From: Spirochaetales bacterium
GTDB lineage: Bacteria; Spirochaetota; Spirochaetia; JAIPGG01
DNA: 64,000 nt
NCBI GenBank assembly: GCA_021736255.1
Contig: JAIPGG010000001.1
Location: 11,506 to 75,505, forward strand
Reading direction: 5' to 3'
A program made the translations under genes and the position numbers. The first letter of the stretch is position 1. Each line of letters starts with the position of its first letter. Below are positions 11,545 to 20,736 of this stretch, piece after piece. The notes beneath the pieces were generated by a model. That model was given only the letters and a program-made list of their open reading frames with translations. It did no database searches and was not told the DNA's origin.

Positions 11545-12149
11545 AGAATCGTGTAATGATCGTTGTGTGTTTGTTGTTTGCCCTTGTAGCCGGTTTGGCC
11601 GTTCTCGGTGCTGAAGAGGCAGCAGAACCAAAACAGAAGGGCCTGGAGGTTTCTTTGTCGGTCGGTGCCACCATGTTCGATGGAGAGGCGGCGGGAATGC
11701 TTGCGGCACGGCTTTCCTACGGGCTTTGGGATTGGATGGAGGTCGTCCTCGACGGTACTGCTCTTCACACTTTGGAACGGTCGTATCGTGATGAGGAGGG
11801 AAAGGCTTATCAGGCAGGAGTAGGCTGGGCCTCGCTGGGATTGCGCCCGCATATAAATTTGGGGGAGAGGATCGAGATCGGATTTCCCCTGACCTCAGGA
11901 AGCGGTATCGTTCAGTATCGATACGAATATGGCTACCGGGATGATTTGGTATGGACGGACGAGATCCTCGACCAGGTTACTGTCGGTGTTACCACTGTTG
12001 GGATGGACATCCTAGTGAATATCAACGGTAACTTTCTATTGTCGGTGGAAGCCGGCAGTCGGTTTTCCTCGCCGTTGGATTCTCCTCTGGCCCGGGACAA
12101 TGCTCTTACTTCCTGGTACACAGGTCTGCGCGCGGGTTTTGCGCTCTAG
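11541..12149 (+). CDS. Putative outer-membrane beta-barrel protein
   Basis: Signal peptide, alternating amphipathic strands, C-terminal WYTGLRAGFAL. Overlaps the upstream stop codon. Confidence 0.55.
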   Translation: MKNRVMIVVCLLFALVAGLAVLGAEEAAEPKQKGLEVSLSVGATMFDGEAAGMLAARLSYGLWDWMEVVLDGTALHTLERSYRDEEGKAYQAGVGWASLGLRPHINLGERIEIGFPLTSGSGIVQYRYEYGYRDDLVWTDEILDQVTVGVTTVGMDILVNINGNFLLSVEAGSRFSSPLDSPLARDNALTSWYTGLRAGFAL

Positions 12150-12215
12150 CCTAACGTACCCGGAAATGCCCGGATTCTAGTTGACCTGCTTGTTCACCCG
12201 GCATACTATAGCCGG

Positions 12216-13121
12216 GTGAATCATTTTGTTCTCCTGCTCTATATTATCCTGGTCACATTAAGCGGCGGCGGGGTCCTGGCTCTTGCTCTTCTCAACCAGC
12301 GTCTGCAGCATCGGTTCACTTCGTTTCTACTTATAGTAAACACGGCACTTTTAGCTTCACTGTTGCTGAGGATTATCTCTTCTTTTATGTCGGCGGTATT
12401 GATCCAGAGCTTTCTCGATGGTATCGGCGGATATGTGATTGGTTTTTTCCTCGGAGTGTGTGTGTACGGGGGAACGACCCTTGCCCTGCTTACCCTTCCC
12501 AAGGTTCCGAGAAAAACGCTCCTTGGAGTCTTTGCTGCTGTGGTGCTCGTCATGGGAGGGCAGCTCTATCTCCTGCTGTCTGGACGAGTGGAAACGGCAT
12601 ATCACATGCGCATTCCTGAAATGATTGCTATTTCCGCATACCTGTTTTTTCTTGGCCGGCTTATGTATAAAAAGGCGGCCGGTGCCGGCCAGGAAACCCT
12701 GGTCTGGCTGATCAAAACCCTGGGCATTCTCACCTTTCTTTTTGCCCTTGTTTCGACAGGAATCTATCTGATCCTGTCTCTCGTACCCGGGTTTTCGGAC
12801 CTCGGGATCTCTCTGGATTATTTTTATTATTTCGGATGGAGCGCTGTGTCGGTTGCCGCTCTGATACGCTATCTGACCCGCCCGCATGCCCTGATTACAG
12901 GAGGCCAGGTGAGTGATGCCTTCTGCAGGGGCTTTGGCGTCACCGAAAGAGAGCGGGAGGTGATCGAACGAATAAGCCGCGGTATGACGAACCAGCAGAT
13001 TGCCGATGACATGTGTATTTCATTTACAACAGTCAGGACGCATGTATATAATATCTTCCGTAAATGCGAAGTAAAAACCCGGGTAGAACTTTTACAGGTG
13101 CTTTCAGGATACACCGAATAG
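12216..13121 (+). CDS. Membrane-embedded LuxR-family transcriptional regulator
   Basis: About 7 hydrophobic segments, then VTEREREVIERISRGMTNQQIADDMCISFTTVRTHVYNIFRKCEV. TTGACC-17-TACTAT lies 6 nt before the GTG. Confidence 0.88.
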   Translation: MNHFVLLLYIILVTLSGGGVLALALLNQRLQHRFTSFLLIVNTALLASLLLRIISSFMSAVLIQSFLDGIGGYVIGFFLGVCVYGGTTLALLTLPKVPRKTLLGVFAAVVLVMGGQLYLLLSGRVETAYHMRIPEMIAISAYLFFLGRLMYKKAAGAGQETLVWLIKTLGILTFLFALVSTGIYLILSLVPGFSDLGISLDYFYYFGWSAVSVAALIRYLTRPHALITGGQVSDAFCRGFGVTEREREVIERISRGMTNQQIADDMCISFTTVRTHVYNIFRKCEVKTRVELLQVLSGYTE

Positions 13122-13131
13122 GATTCGAAAT

Positions 13132-14337
13132 ATGGACCAGCAAAACCGGACAAGCCCGAAAAACCAGCTCAGGATAGGTATGGTCGGATACGGGGGGATA
13201 GCCGGGGTACACCTGCTCGGCTACCGCGGGATTCCCCTCTATTATCCGGATGCCCTGCCGCCGATTTCCATGCAGGCGGTCTGTACCAGCCGGAAAGAGA
13301 CAGCCGCCGAGGCCGCCCGGCACGGCGGGTTTGCGGCTTTTTATACGGACCTCGAGCGGATGCTCGCAGAGCAGGAGTTGGACGTGGTGGATATTACCAG
13401 CCCCAACCATCTCCATTACCGGCAGGTCCTGCAGTGCCTCGAAGCGGGGGTGCCGGTCTACTGCGAGAAGCCTCTTGCATTAAACGGCCTTGAGGCCGAA
13501 GAGATCGCCCGGCGTTCTGAGGAGCTCGAAGTTCCGGTGGGAATGACCTTTCACTACCGGTTTGTTCCGGCCTTGATGGAGGCCGGTCGGATGGTGGAAT
13601 CCGGACTTCTTGGGCGGGTGTATCATTACCGGGCCCTCTATCTGCACTCCGGTTATCAGAGGCCGGAACGCCCATTCTCCTGGCGCACGGACCGCAGCCG
13701 TTCAGGGGGAGGTGCCGTGGTGGATCTCGGTGCCCATGTGATCGATCTTATTCGTTACCTGGTTGATGAGATAAGTCAGGTGCGGTCGGCTTTCGAGACC
13801 TTTGTTCCCCGGCGTCCGGATGCCTCGGGCCGGATGGTCGATGTCGAAGTAGACGATGCTGCTTGGGTGCAAACTCGGCTGGCCGGCGGCGGTTTCGGTA
13901 CCATCGAGGTCTCCCGTTTTGCTACCGGTACCCTGGATGACCTGATTATCGAGGTACATGGAGAGAAGGGTGCCTTTCGATTCAGCCTGATGCAGCCCCA
14001 CTGGCTCGAATGGTACGATGCACGGTCCCCGGTTGAGAGGGGTGACCATTCAAGAGAGGAAGACCGGCAGACCGGGAGAGCAGCAGAAACTCTCTCTTCC
14101 TACGGCGGTTGGACCCGAATTGATACCGTGCAGAAGTTCCCCGGGGCCGCAGTGCCTCCCGGTCGTGCCGTTATGGGCTGGGACCGGCTGCATGGCGAAA
14201 GCCAGTACCGGTTTCTCCGTTCTCTTACCGGTACAGATCCCTTCAAACCGGATGCACATGACGGTTTGAAGACCCAGCGGATTCTCGATGCCGTTATACA
14301 GTCGGCGGGCAGCGGCCGCTGGGAAGCGGTAGAATAG
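13132..14337 (+). CDS. Gfo/Idh/MocA family oxidoreductase
   Basis: IGMVGYGGIA, DITSPNHLH, CEKPLA, GGGAVVDLGAHVIDL. Confidence 0.9.
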   Translation: MDQQNRTSPKNQLRIGMVGYGGIAGVHLLGYRGIPLYYPDALPPISMQAVCTSRKETAAEAARHGGFAAFYTDLERMLAEQELDVVDITSPNHLHYRQVLQCLEAGVPVYCEKPLALNGLEAEEIARRSEELEVPVGMTFHYRFVPALMEAGRMVESGLLGRVYHYRALYLHSGYQRPERPFSWRTDRSRSGGGAVVDLGAHVIDLIRYLVDEISQVRSAFETFVPRRPDASGRMVDVEVDDAAWVQTRLAGGGFGTIEVSRFATGTLDDLIIEVHGEKGAFRFSLMQPHWLEWYDARSPVERGDHSREEDRQTGRAAETLSSYGGWTRIDTVQKFPGAAVPPGRAVMGWDRLHGESQYRFLRSLTGTDPFKPDAHDGLKTQRILDAVIQSAGSGRWEAVE

Positions 14338-14346
14338 CTGTCCCAA

Positions 14347-14373
14347 GCCGTCCGAATGGATGGGCGGCCTTTT
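14347..14373 (+). terminator. Possible intrinsic terminator
   Basis: GCCGTCC-N8-GGGCGGC stem followed by CTTTT. Confidence 0.4.
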
Positions 14374-14438
14374 AGCTGCAACAGCCATGAAATCCCCGGC
14401 GTTGCGTATATTTGAGGGTGGTTTATACTTAGTATGTA

Positions 14439-16142
14439 ATGTTCTGGAATTCCCGAAGAACTATACGAGCAGTCATCCCGCCGCTTTTCATATTCATTTT
14501 ATTTGCCGGAGTTCTTTTTTTTATCATTATTCCGCAGTCACGGTCGCTCCTTTTTCATCAGATACAAAAGAACAGTGAGGACAATGTTGATCTTGTGCTC
14601 AGGTTGATCGAGTATCATCACAGCAGGGCAGAAGAGGGCGAAATTCCGGTAAGCACGGCAAAACAACGCGCCCTCGATCAGGTTCGGAATCTGCGCTATG
14701 GGCCACAGGAGCGGAACTATTTCTGGATCTGTGATTATCAGCCGATACTGCTCATGCACCCCTATCGAAGCGATTTAGAAGGAAAAAACGTCGGATCATA
14801 TACAGACCCTGAAGGAAACAAGGTCTTTCAGGAAATGGTTGAACTCGTTAAGAAAAGGGGAGAGGGGTATACAGACTACCAGTGGCAATTCCATGGTGAT
14901 CGGTCTCAGGTAGTTTCGAAACGGTCTTATGTCGAGGGTTTTGAACCCTGGCAATGGATCGTAGGGACCGGTATTTACCTCAGTCAAGCTGAAGCGCTCA
15001 TAGACCGGCTGATTCGTTCTTCTACACTAATTGCCCTCATAGCTCTGGCTGTTATCGGATTCGGGGCGTTCTTCCTGGCAAATCGCTCGATTCGCCTCTT
15101 GAGAATATTCGAAACGAGTCAGGCCAATCTTGAGCTCGCCAATCGACAGTATCGTGATCTCGTGGAAACGATGAATGACGGCTTGATTGTGCTCGACCGG
15201 CAGTGGAATATTCGGTACACGAATAAAGCATTTCAGAATATGTTGGATTATACCCAATCCGAATTGGCGGGAAAGCATCTCGACCAGATTGTGCCGGTTT
15301 CCGAGCGTACGATACTCGATGAACAGTTGGAGAAAAGAAAAAAAGGGGAAGATGAGCCCTACGAGATTACATTTAAAAGGAAAAATGGAAAGGTAATTGA
15401 GTGTGTATGCTCCCCGAAACCGATATTTACCCGTGAGGGACTCTTTCACGGGAGTTTCGCCGTGATAACGGATGTGAACACGTTGAAATCAGTGCAAAAA
15501 GATTTGGAAGCAGCTCTTGAAGAAAAGAACCTTCTGCTGCGCGAGGTCCATCATCGGGTAAAAAACAATCTCCAGATTATCTCGAGTATGCTCCACTTGC
15601 AGCAGGAGTCGGTAACGGACCAGAATGCCTGGGCTGCTTTGCGCGATTCCCAATATCGTATCGAAACCCTTGCTCTCGTACATTCGTTCTTATACAGCTC
15701 CGAACAATTCGGTACAATACCCTTGCCTGAATACATCAATGATTTAGTTGCCTCCTTGAGTTCTGCATACGATGTACATGGGAGGAACATTACCATTTCT
15801 GCCGATGTGGCGGATATCGAAATCGGTATCGATCAGACGAATCCCTTGGCGCTGATAATTACCGAGCTGGTTACGAACTGCTTGAAACACGCTTTCCCGG
15901 AGAGGGATACCGGGAGCATCGAAATCACCGTGGCTTACGAGAAGGAACAGGCGGCCGGCACGGTAACCGTGTCTGACAACGGAATCGGGATACAACAAAA
16001 CAGGCAGGACTCCGGTTCGATAGGCATGATGCTGGTCCATGCCATGGTCGATCAGCTGAACGGCAGTATCGAAGTCCATTCCAATGAAGGGACGGTGATA
16101 ACCATTACGGCACCTCTGAAAGTTAAAAATCAGAAGGGATGA
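14439..16142 (+). CDS. Sensor histidine kinase (single Cache, PAS, HisKA_2/HWE-type)
   Basis: LRYGPQERNYFWI...MHPY...WQWIVGTG (Cache), a PAS domain, EVHHRVKNNLQIISS, ELVTNCLKHAF, DNGIG. Confidence 0.9.
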   Translation: MFWNSRRTIRAVIPPLFIFILFAGVLFFIIIPQSRSLLFHQIQKNSEDNVDLVLRLIEYHHSRAEEGEIPVSTAKQRALDQVRNLRYGPQERNYFWICDYQPILLMHPYRSDLEGKNVGSYTDPEGNKVFQEMVELVKKRGEGYTDYQWQFHGDRSQVVSKRSYVEGFEPWQWIVGTGIYLSQAEALIDRLIRSSTLIALIALAVIGFGAFFLANRSIRLLRIFETSQANLELANRQYRDLVETMNDGLIVLDRQWNIRYTNKAFQNMLDYTQSELAGKHLDQIVPVSERTILDEQLEKRKKGEDEPYEITFKRKNGKVIECVCSPKPIFTREGLFHGSFAVITDVNTLKSVQKDLEAALEEKNLLLREVHHRVKNNLQIISSMLHLQQESVTDQNAWAALRDSQYRIETLALVHSFLYSSEQFGTIPLPEYINDLVASLSSAYDVHGRNITISADVADIEIGIDQTNPLALIITELVTNCLKHAFPERDTGSIEITVAYEKEQAAGTVTVSDNGIGIQQNRQDSGSIGMMLVHAMVDQLNGSIEVHSNEGTVITITAPLKVKNQKG

Positions 16143-16148
16143 ACAAGA

Positions 16149-17780
16149 GTGGAGACCAATCATACGGAAAAGCCTCTGGCCATCCTGATCAATCCTCCGG
16201 TTTATGATGCTGCCCTGTACGATCTCTATCTACGCCCTTTCGGGCTCTTGAGGGTGGGTGCGTGGCTTCGCTCGGCCGGATGGAACACGGTCTATGTGGA
16301 TGCTCTTCGGATCGACGATCCGTCGTCTCTGAAGACTTTCGGTCGGCCGAGGCGGAAAGCGGACGGGACAGGGCATTTTTTCCGCCGGCCGCTGGAGTAC
16401 TCAGATCTTGCCGGGCTATTTTCTGAGCCCAAGGCACGGGAGATATTCTCTGTATACGGGGAGGCAGGGCGGCGGCTTTCTCGTTACGGTGTACTCGCCG
16501 AGTCCTTCAGGAGCATGCTGCAGGATGCGGCAGAAGATGGATCGGCTGCCGGCGGCAGAAAACCCGATCTCTGTCTGGTTCAGGGCGGAATGACCTACTG
16601 GTACCCGGGAGTGCTCGAGACGGTGCGTCTTTGCCGGGAACTGTGGCCGACCGTTCCGGTTGCCGGAGGCGGCGTGTATCCGACCCTTTTACCCGGCCAC
16701 GCAGCACAGATCTGCGGCCTGGATGCGGTCGTCTCGGGGAATGATTTTTCTTCCCTCATCGAGATGTTTAAACACCGGTCTCTGCCGCAGCCGGCGGAAG
16801 CAGCTCCCCCCGTCGTTTCATCGGTTTACACAGGCGGCGATTCGGCGGTGCTCCGGTTGAATATCGGCTGCCCCTACCGCTGCAGCTACTGTGCCTCCGG
16901 ATTGGTCTCCGGCGCTTTTTGTGCCGGCAGTGCCGTCCAGGCGGCGGAGGCTGTTTACGATCTGTGGGAACGGAGGGGAGTGCGGAACTTTGCTTTCTAC
17001 GATGATGCGCTTCTGGTGAAGAAAGAGGAGGTTCTGCTGCCCTTTCTCGAGGCTGTCTCCGAAATAGCAGGCAAGCCGATCGGCAGGCAAGGTGGAGGGC
17101 TTCCCGGATCTGTTGCAGGCGGCAGCCCCGGCGGCACCCCTATCGGCAGCCCCAACGGCAGCCCCAACGGCAACCCCAACGGCAACCCCAACGGCAACCC
17201 CAACGGCAGCCCCGGCGGCACCCCTAGCGGCACCCCCAACGGCACCCTCAGCGGCAGCCCCAACGGCAGCCCCAACACGGGGGGCGAAAGTCCCCCGTGC
17301 TTCTATCTTCCCAATGCCCTGCACGCGGAACTCCTCGATGAACGGACTGCCCGACTGTTAGGACAGGCGGGATTTCAGGAGATCCGTCTCGGGCTTGAAA
17401 GCGCTTCGGATGATTTTCACCGCCGGCAGGATTCCAAACTCGATGAACAGGTTTTCTCCGATGCTGTCCGGATGCTGTTCTCCGCAGGTTTTCACGGCGA
17501 TCGGATCAAGGCTTATGTGCTTGCCGGAATACCGGATCAGACGGCGGAAGAAGCGGAAGAAACGATACGTTTTGCTCTGCGGCTCGGGATTCGGCCGATG
17601 GTTGCTGAGTTTTCACCGGTGCCAGGGACCGAACTGTTCGAGTCGGCACGACGGCAAAGCAGTTTCGATCTTGAGGAACCACTGTTTCAAAATAATTCGG
17701 TTTTTCCCATGGCTTCCCGGTATTTTTCCCGGCCGGAACTGGAACGGCTCAAACGGCTCTCTCGGCAACCGAAAGCTTAA
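16149..17780 (+). CDS. B12-binding-domain radical SAM protein with internal low-complexity insertion
   Basis: LINPPVYD...P.GLL, MTYWYPG, GGVYPTL, GCPYRCSYCAS (CxxxCxxC), FAFYDDALL, IRLGLES. Confidence 0.85.
   Translation: METNHTEKPLAILINPPVYDAALYDLYLRPFGLLRVGAWLRSAGWNTVYVDALRIDDPSSLKTFGRPRRKADGTGHFFRRPLEYSDLAGLFSEPKAREIFSVYGEAGRRLSRYGVLAESFRSMLQDAAEDGSAAGGRKPDLCLVQGGMTYWYPGVLETVRLCRELWPTVPVAGGGVYPTLLPGHAAQICGLDAVVSGNDFSSLIEMFKHRSLPQPAEAAPPVVSSVYTGGDSAVLRLNIGCPYRCSYCASGLVSGAFCAGSAVQAAEAVYDLWERRGVRNFAFYDDALLVKKEEVLLPFLEAVSEIAGKPIGRQGGGLPGSVAGGSPGGTPIGSPNGSPNGNPNGNPNGNPNGSPGGTPSGTPNGTLSGSPNGSPNTGGESPPCFYLPNALHAELLDERTARLLGQAGFQEIRLGLESASDDFHRRQDSKLDEQVFSDAVRMLFSAGFHGDRIKAYVLAGIPDQTAEEAEETIRFALRLGIRPMVAEFSPVPGTELFESARRQSSFDLEEPLFQNNSVFPMASRYFSRPELERLKRLSRQPKA
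17121..17276 (+). repeat. Coding minisatellite, 13 x 12 bp (consensus GGCAGCCCCAAC) encoding G-[S/T/N]-P-[N/G/I/S]
   Basis: Units read directly: ggcagccccggc ggcacccctatc ggcagccccaac x2 ggcaaccccaac x3 ggcagccccggc ggcacccctagc ggcacccccaac ggcaccctcagc ggcagccccaac x2. Confidence 0.95.
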
Positions 17781-18898
17781 CGAGCACCGTTATCTTCCAG
17801 ATCCATGTCGGGAGCGTTCCCTACTATTCCTGCAATGATCTTGTTCAGTGCACTGAAAGGGCTCTGGTCCCCGTTGAGGATGGTATAAACCCCGCTGATT
17901 ATAGGCAGCTTGAGATTGTACTCCTCTGCAAGGTGCATGGCATGTTTTGCCGCTACGACTCCCTCCGGCAGATAACCGATCTCCTCGATACGCCGGATCA
18001 GGTCTTCGATGCCGTTGAACCTGCTCAGTTTCCGGTCCAGTATAATCTCCCGGCCGAATCTTCGGTTCCTCCCGTACTTGCTCCGGCAGGTAACATCCAG
18101 GTCGCCTACTCCGGCTATGGAGGTGAAGGTTTCCGGATAATTCGATCCGAGGGCCTTTCCCAGAAGCTGAATCTCGTTGAGTCCGGCAGCCAGAAGCAGC
18201 GATTCAGTGTTGTCGCCGAATCGGTTGGAAAGCTCTTTCAGAGCGTCCAGCATCCCAAAGGCCAGGGCGATTACGTTCTTCACGGCGGCGCTGGTTTGCA
18301 CCCCAACCACATCCAGAGAGGAAAAAACCATGAGGGTTGAAGAGCTCAGCAGCTCACGGAACCTGATTGATTCCTTGCCGTTACTCGAGGCGCTGATTAA
18401 ACCGGTTATCTTGCCCCTGGCCACCTCTTCGGCATGGCTGGGGCCGGAAAGATATACGAGTCTGTCCTGATAATGGTCCGGCAGCATCTCTTCTAAAGCA
18501 GTGACAATCAGTTTCGGCCGGCCGGCGCTTTCGAGAAAGCCTTTTGTCAGGATTCCTATACTCGTTGTTCCCGACAGGATGTTTGGTGCATCGATGATTT
18601 TCCGGAAGGTATCGAGGATGAAAAGAGAGGGAGCGGCCAGGATAAGAAAATCCTTATTTTCTACCGCTTCCGAAATATTGCAGGTCGCGCTGAGGGAGGG
18701 GGGCAGGTCCACTCCCAAAAGATAGCGGCTGTTTTCATGTTCACGGTTGATGTCTCGGGCTACGTCCTCTTCGTAGCTCCAGATTTCTACCGGATTACCG
18801 GCAAGAGCAATACTTCTGGCGATGGCCGTCCCCCAAGCCCCGGCGCCGATGACGCCCACCCGTTGAGGGGTTCCCGTATGTGTTCCGTTTTCTGCCAC
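17777..18898 (-). CDS. gpsA: NAD(P)H-dependent glycerol-3-phosphate dehydrogenase
   Basis: GAGAWGTA, TKG, LSGPSHAEEV, KNVIA, AGVGDLDVTC, SKYGRNRRFG. Confidence 0.93.
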   Translation of the reverse strand: MAENGTHTGTPQRVGVIGAGAWGTAIARSIALAGNPVEIWSYEEDVARDINREHENSRYLLGVDLPPSLSATCNISEAVENKDFLILAAPSLFILDTFRKIIDAPNILSGTTSIGILTKGFLESAGRPKLIVTALEEMLPDHYQDRLVYLSGPSHAEEVARGKITGLISASSNGKESIRFRELLSSSTLMVFSSLDVVGVQTSAAVKNVIALAFGMLDALKELSNRFGDNTESLLLAAGLNEIQLLGKALGSNYPETFTSIAGVGDLDVTCRSKYGRNRRFGREIILDRKLSRFNGIEDLIRRIEEIGYLPEGVVAAKHAMHLAEEYNLKLPIISGVYTILNGDQSPFSALNKIIAGIVGNAPDMDLEDNGAR

Positions 18899-18922
18899 GT
18901 GCCTTGCTCCTTAATGTGTTGA

Positions 18923-20704
18923 TTAACCTTTTTTACTCAAAGCCTCATAGCGGCGGACCGCATCTTCGATGGTTCCGATCCCCTGCATCCAGAAGTTCTG
19001 TTTTGTAATATCGAATCCGGCCGCCTCTGCAACAGCTTCGGCGGGCGCCCTGCCGGTCATAACCAGAAGTTGGTTGTAGGTCGAAAAAAAATTCTCAGGG
19101 GACTGCTGGTAGCGCTGAAAGAGTCCGAGTCCGAAAAGCAGGCCAAAGGCATAGGGGAAATTATAGAATCCCAGATCCTGATTGTAGTAGTGTCCCTTAA
19201 CTGCCCACATATAGGGATGGCGTTTTTCCCGGTCCAGGACCGGTCCGTATGCCTTGGACTGGGCATCGAGCATAAGCTCGTTCAACTCCTCGGGGCTGCA
19301 CTCGTGGTCCTTCCGGCGTTCGAACAATGCGGATTCGAAGAGATACCGTGAATAGATATCCACCACGACCTGTGTGGTATCCTGCAGAAAGCTCTCGAGG
19401 GCAGATAATTCATTTCCGGTTTCGGCCTGACTGCGGACAGATTGGAAAAATAGCTGCTCAGAAAAGATTGATGCGGTCTCGGCGAGGGTCATGGGGTAAG
19501 AACGCAGTGAAGCGGGCATATTTCGCAGAACATGGTGATGCCAGGCGTGTCCGAGTTCGTGTGCAAGTGTGCTTGCCGCTCCAAGGGTTCCGTCGAAGTT
19601 TGTCAGCACTCGGCTCACACCGGAACGGGGGAAGCTGATGCAGTATGCTCCGCCGACTTTTCCCTTGGACGGGTAAACATCTATCCATCTCTCGCGAAAG
19701 GCCCGTTCAGCGAAGTCAGCATACTCCGGAGAAAGGTGACGGTAGGCGGAGATTACCGCCTCTTTTGCCTCCTGGTAACCCCATTCCTGCGGTTTTCCCA
19801 CCGGTGCGAAGAGGTCGTAAAAAGCAAGCTTTTTTCCGAGACCGAGAAAGGAGGCTTTCGCGGCCAAATAGCGGCGAAACACCGGCAGTGAACTTTCGAT
19901 AGTCTTCATCAAGGCGTGAAAACTTTTTTCCGAAAGACGGGATTGGATGCGTGAACGCTCGAGGGTGTCGGAATACCCGCGGCGGCGATTCAAAATGACG
20001 CTGAAGCCCTTCACCCCATTGAGGGCATAGCTGAGGGGGAGCTCCGCCTGTTTCCAGAGGCCGAGTTCGGCCCGGTATGCCCGCTCTCTTACCGAACGGT
20101 CACAGTCATGCGCCAAGGCACGAAGCTCCGTTACCGTTTTTCTCCGGTTTCCGTCCCATTCCGTATCGAGGTTGGCGCTGATCGATTCCTGGAGCCTGCT
20201 CCACGCATCACCCCCGGGACGGGAAAGGTCTGCGGCAAGGTCTTCCATGTCCAAAGGCATTTGTCTTCTTCCGAGTTCCGCTGCTTCTCCGAGGACAAAG
20301 GCATAAGCTTCCGCCTGTTCGAGGCCGGGGAGTCTGACGGGTATGGTTTCCATAGAGGCCATTGCCCGCTGAAAACGAGTCCATACCTGCTTGAGCGGAA
20401 GGGCCTGTTCCTCGAGTTTCCCGAGCGCATTCAAGGCCTCCCGGTCGTTCGTATCGGAACTGAAACGGGTATAGGCATACGAATACAGTTCTTCGAACAG
20501 GTCCGAGGCCTCATCGAGTACTTCGATGACCGAGGCGGTCCAGCCTTCGGGATCCTTGCGGAGGGTCACTTGATCATCCAAAAGGAGCTTTGCTTTCTCT
20601 ACAGATGTGTGATAGTTCTCGAGTGCCTGCCGGTAAGGAGGCCTTGAAAAATCTTCAAAAATTGATCCGAGATCCCAGCTTGTGTCTCTATCGAAACTGC
20701 TCAT
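18923..20704 (-). CDS. M3B oligoendopeptidase (PepF family)
   Basis: WDL N-terminus, GKVGGAYC, TLAHELGHAWH, LAETASIFSE, FYNFPYAFG. Confidence 0.92.
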   Translation of the reverse strand: MSSFDRDTSWDLGSIFEDFSRPPYRQALENYHTSVEKAKLLLDDQVTLRKDPEGWTASVIEVLDEASDLFEELYSYAYTRFSSDTNDREALNALGKLEEQALPLKQVWTRFQRAMASMETIPVRLPGLEQAEAYAFVLGEAAELGRRQMPLDMEDLAADLSRPGGDAWSRLQESISANLDTEWDGNRRKTVTELRALAHDCDRSVRERAYRAELGLWKQAELPLSYALNGVKGFSVILNRRRGYSDTLERSRIQSRLSEKSFHALMKTIESSLPVFRRYLAAKASFLGLGKKLAFYDLFAPVGKPQEWGYQEAKEAVISAYRHLSPEYADFAERAFRERWIDVYPSKGKVGGAYCISFPRSGVSRVLTNFDGTLGAASTLAHELGHAWHHHVLRNMPASLRSYPMTLAETASIFSEQLFFQSVRSQAETGNELSALESFLQDTTQVVVDIYSRYLFESALFERRKDHECSPEELNELMLDAQSKAYGPVLDREKRHPYMWAVKGHYYNQDLGFYNFPYAFGLLFGLGLFQRYQQSPENFFSTYNQLLVMTGRAPAEAVAEAAGFDITKQNFWMQGIGTIEDAVRRYEALSKKG

Positions 20705-20736
20705 AGAAGATAGTATACTGTAAAACAGGAGGTTAT

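Noticed and set aside
17121..17276. Possible CRISPR array, or real antisense ORFs (16818..17324, 16997..17278) at the repeat
   Set aside because: The units are contiguous 12-mers with no spacers and no cas genes. The antisense and alternate ORFs are stop-free by-products of the repeat.
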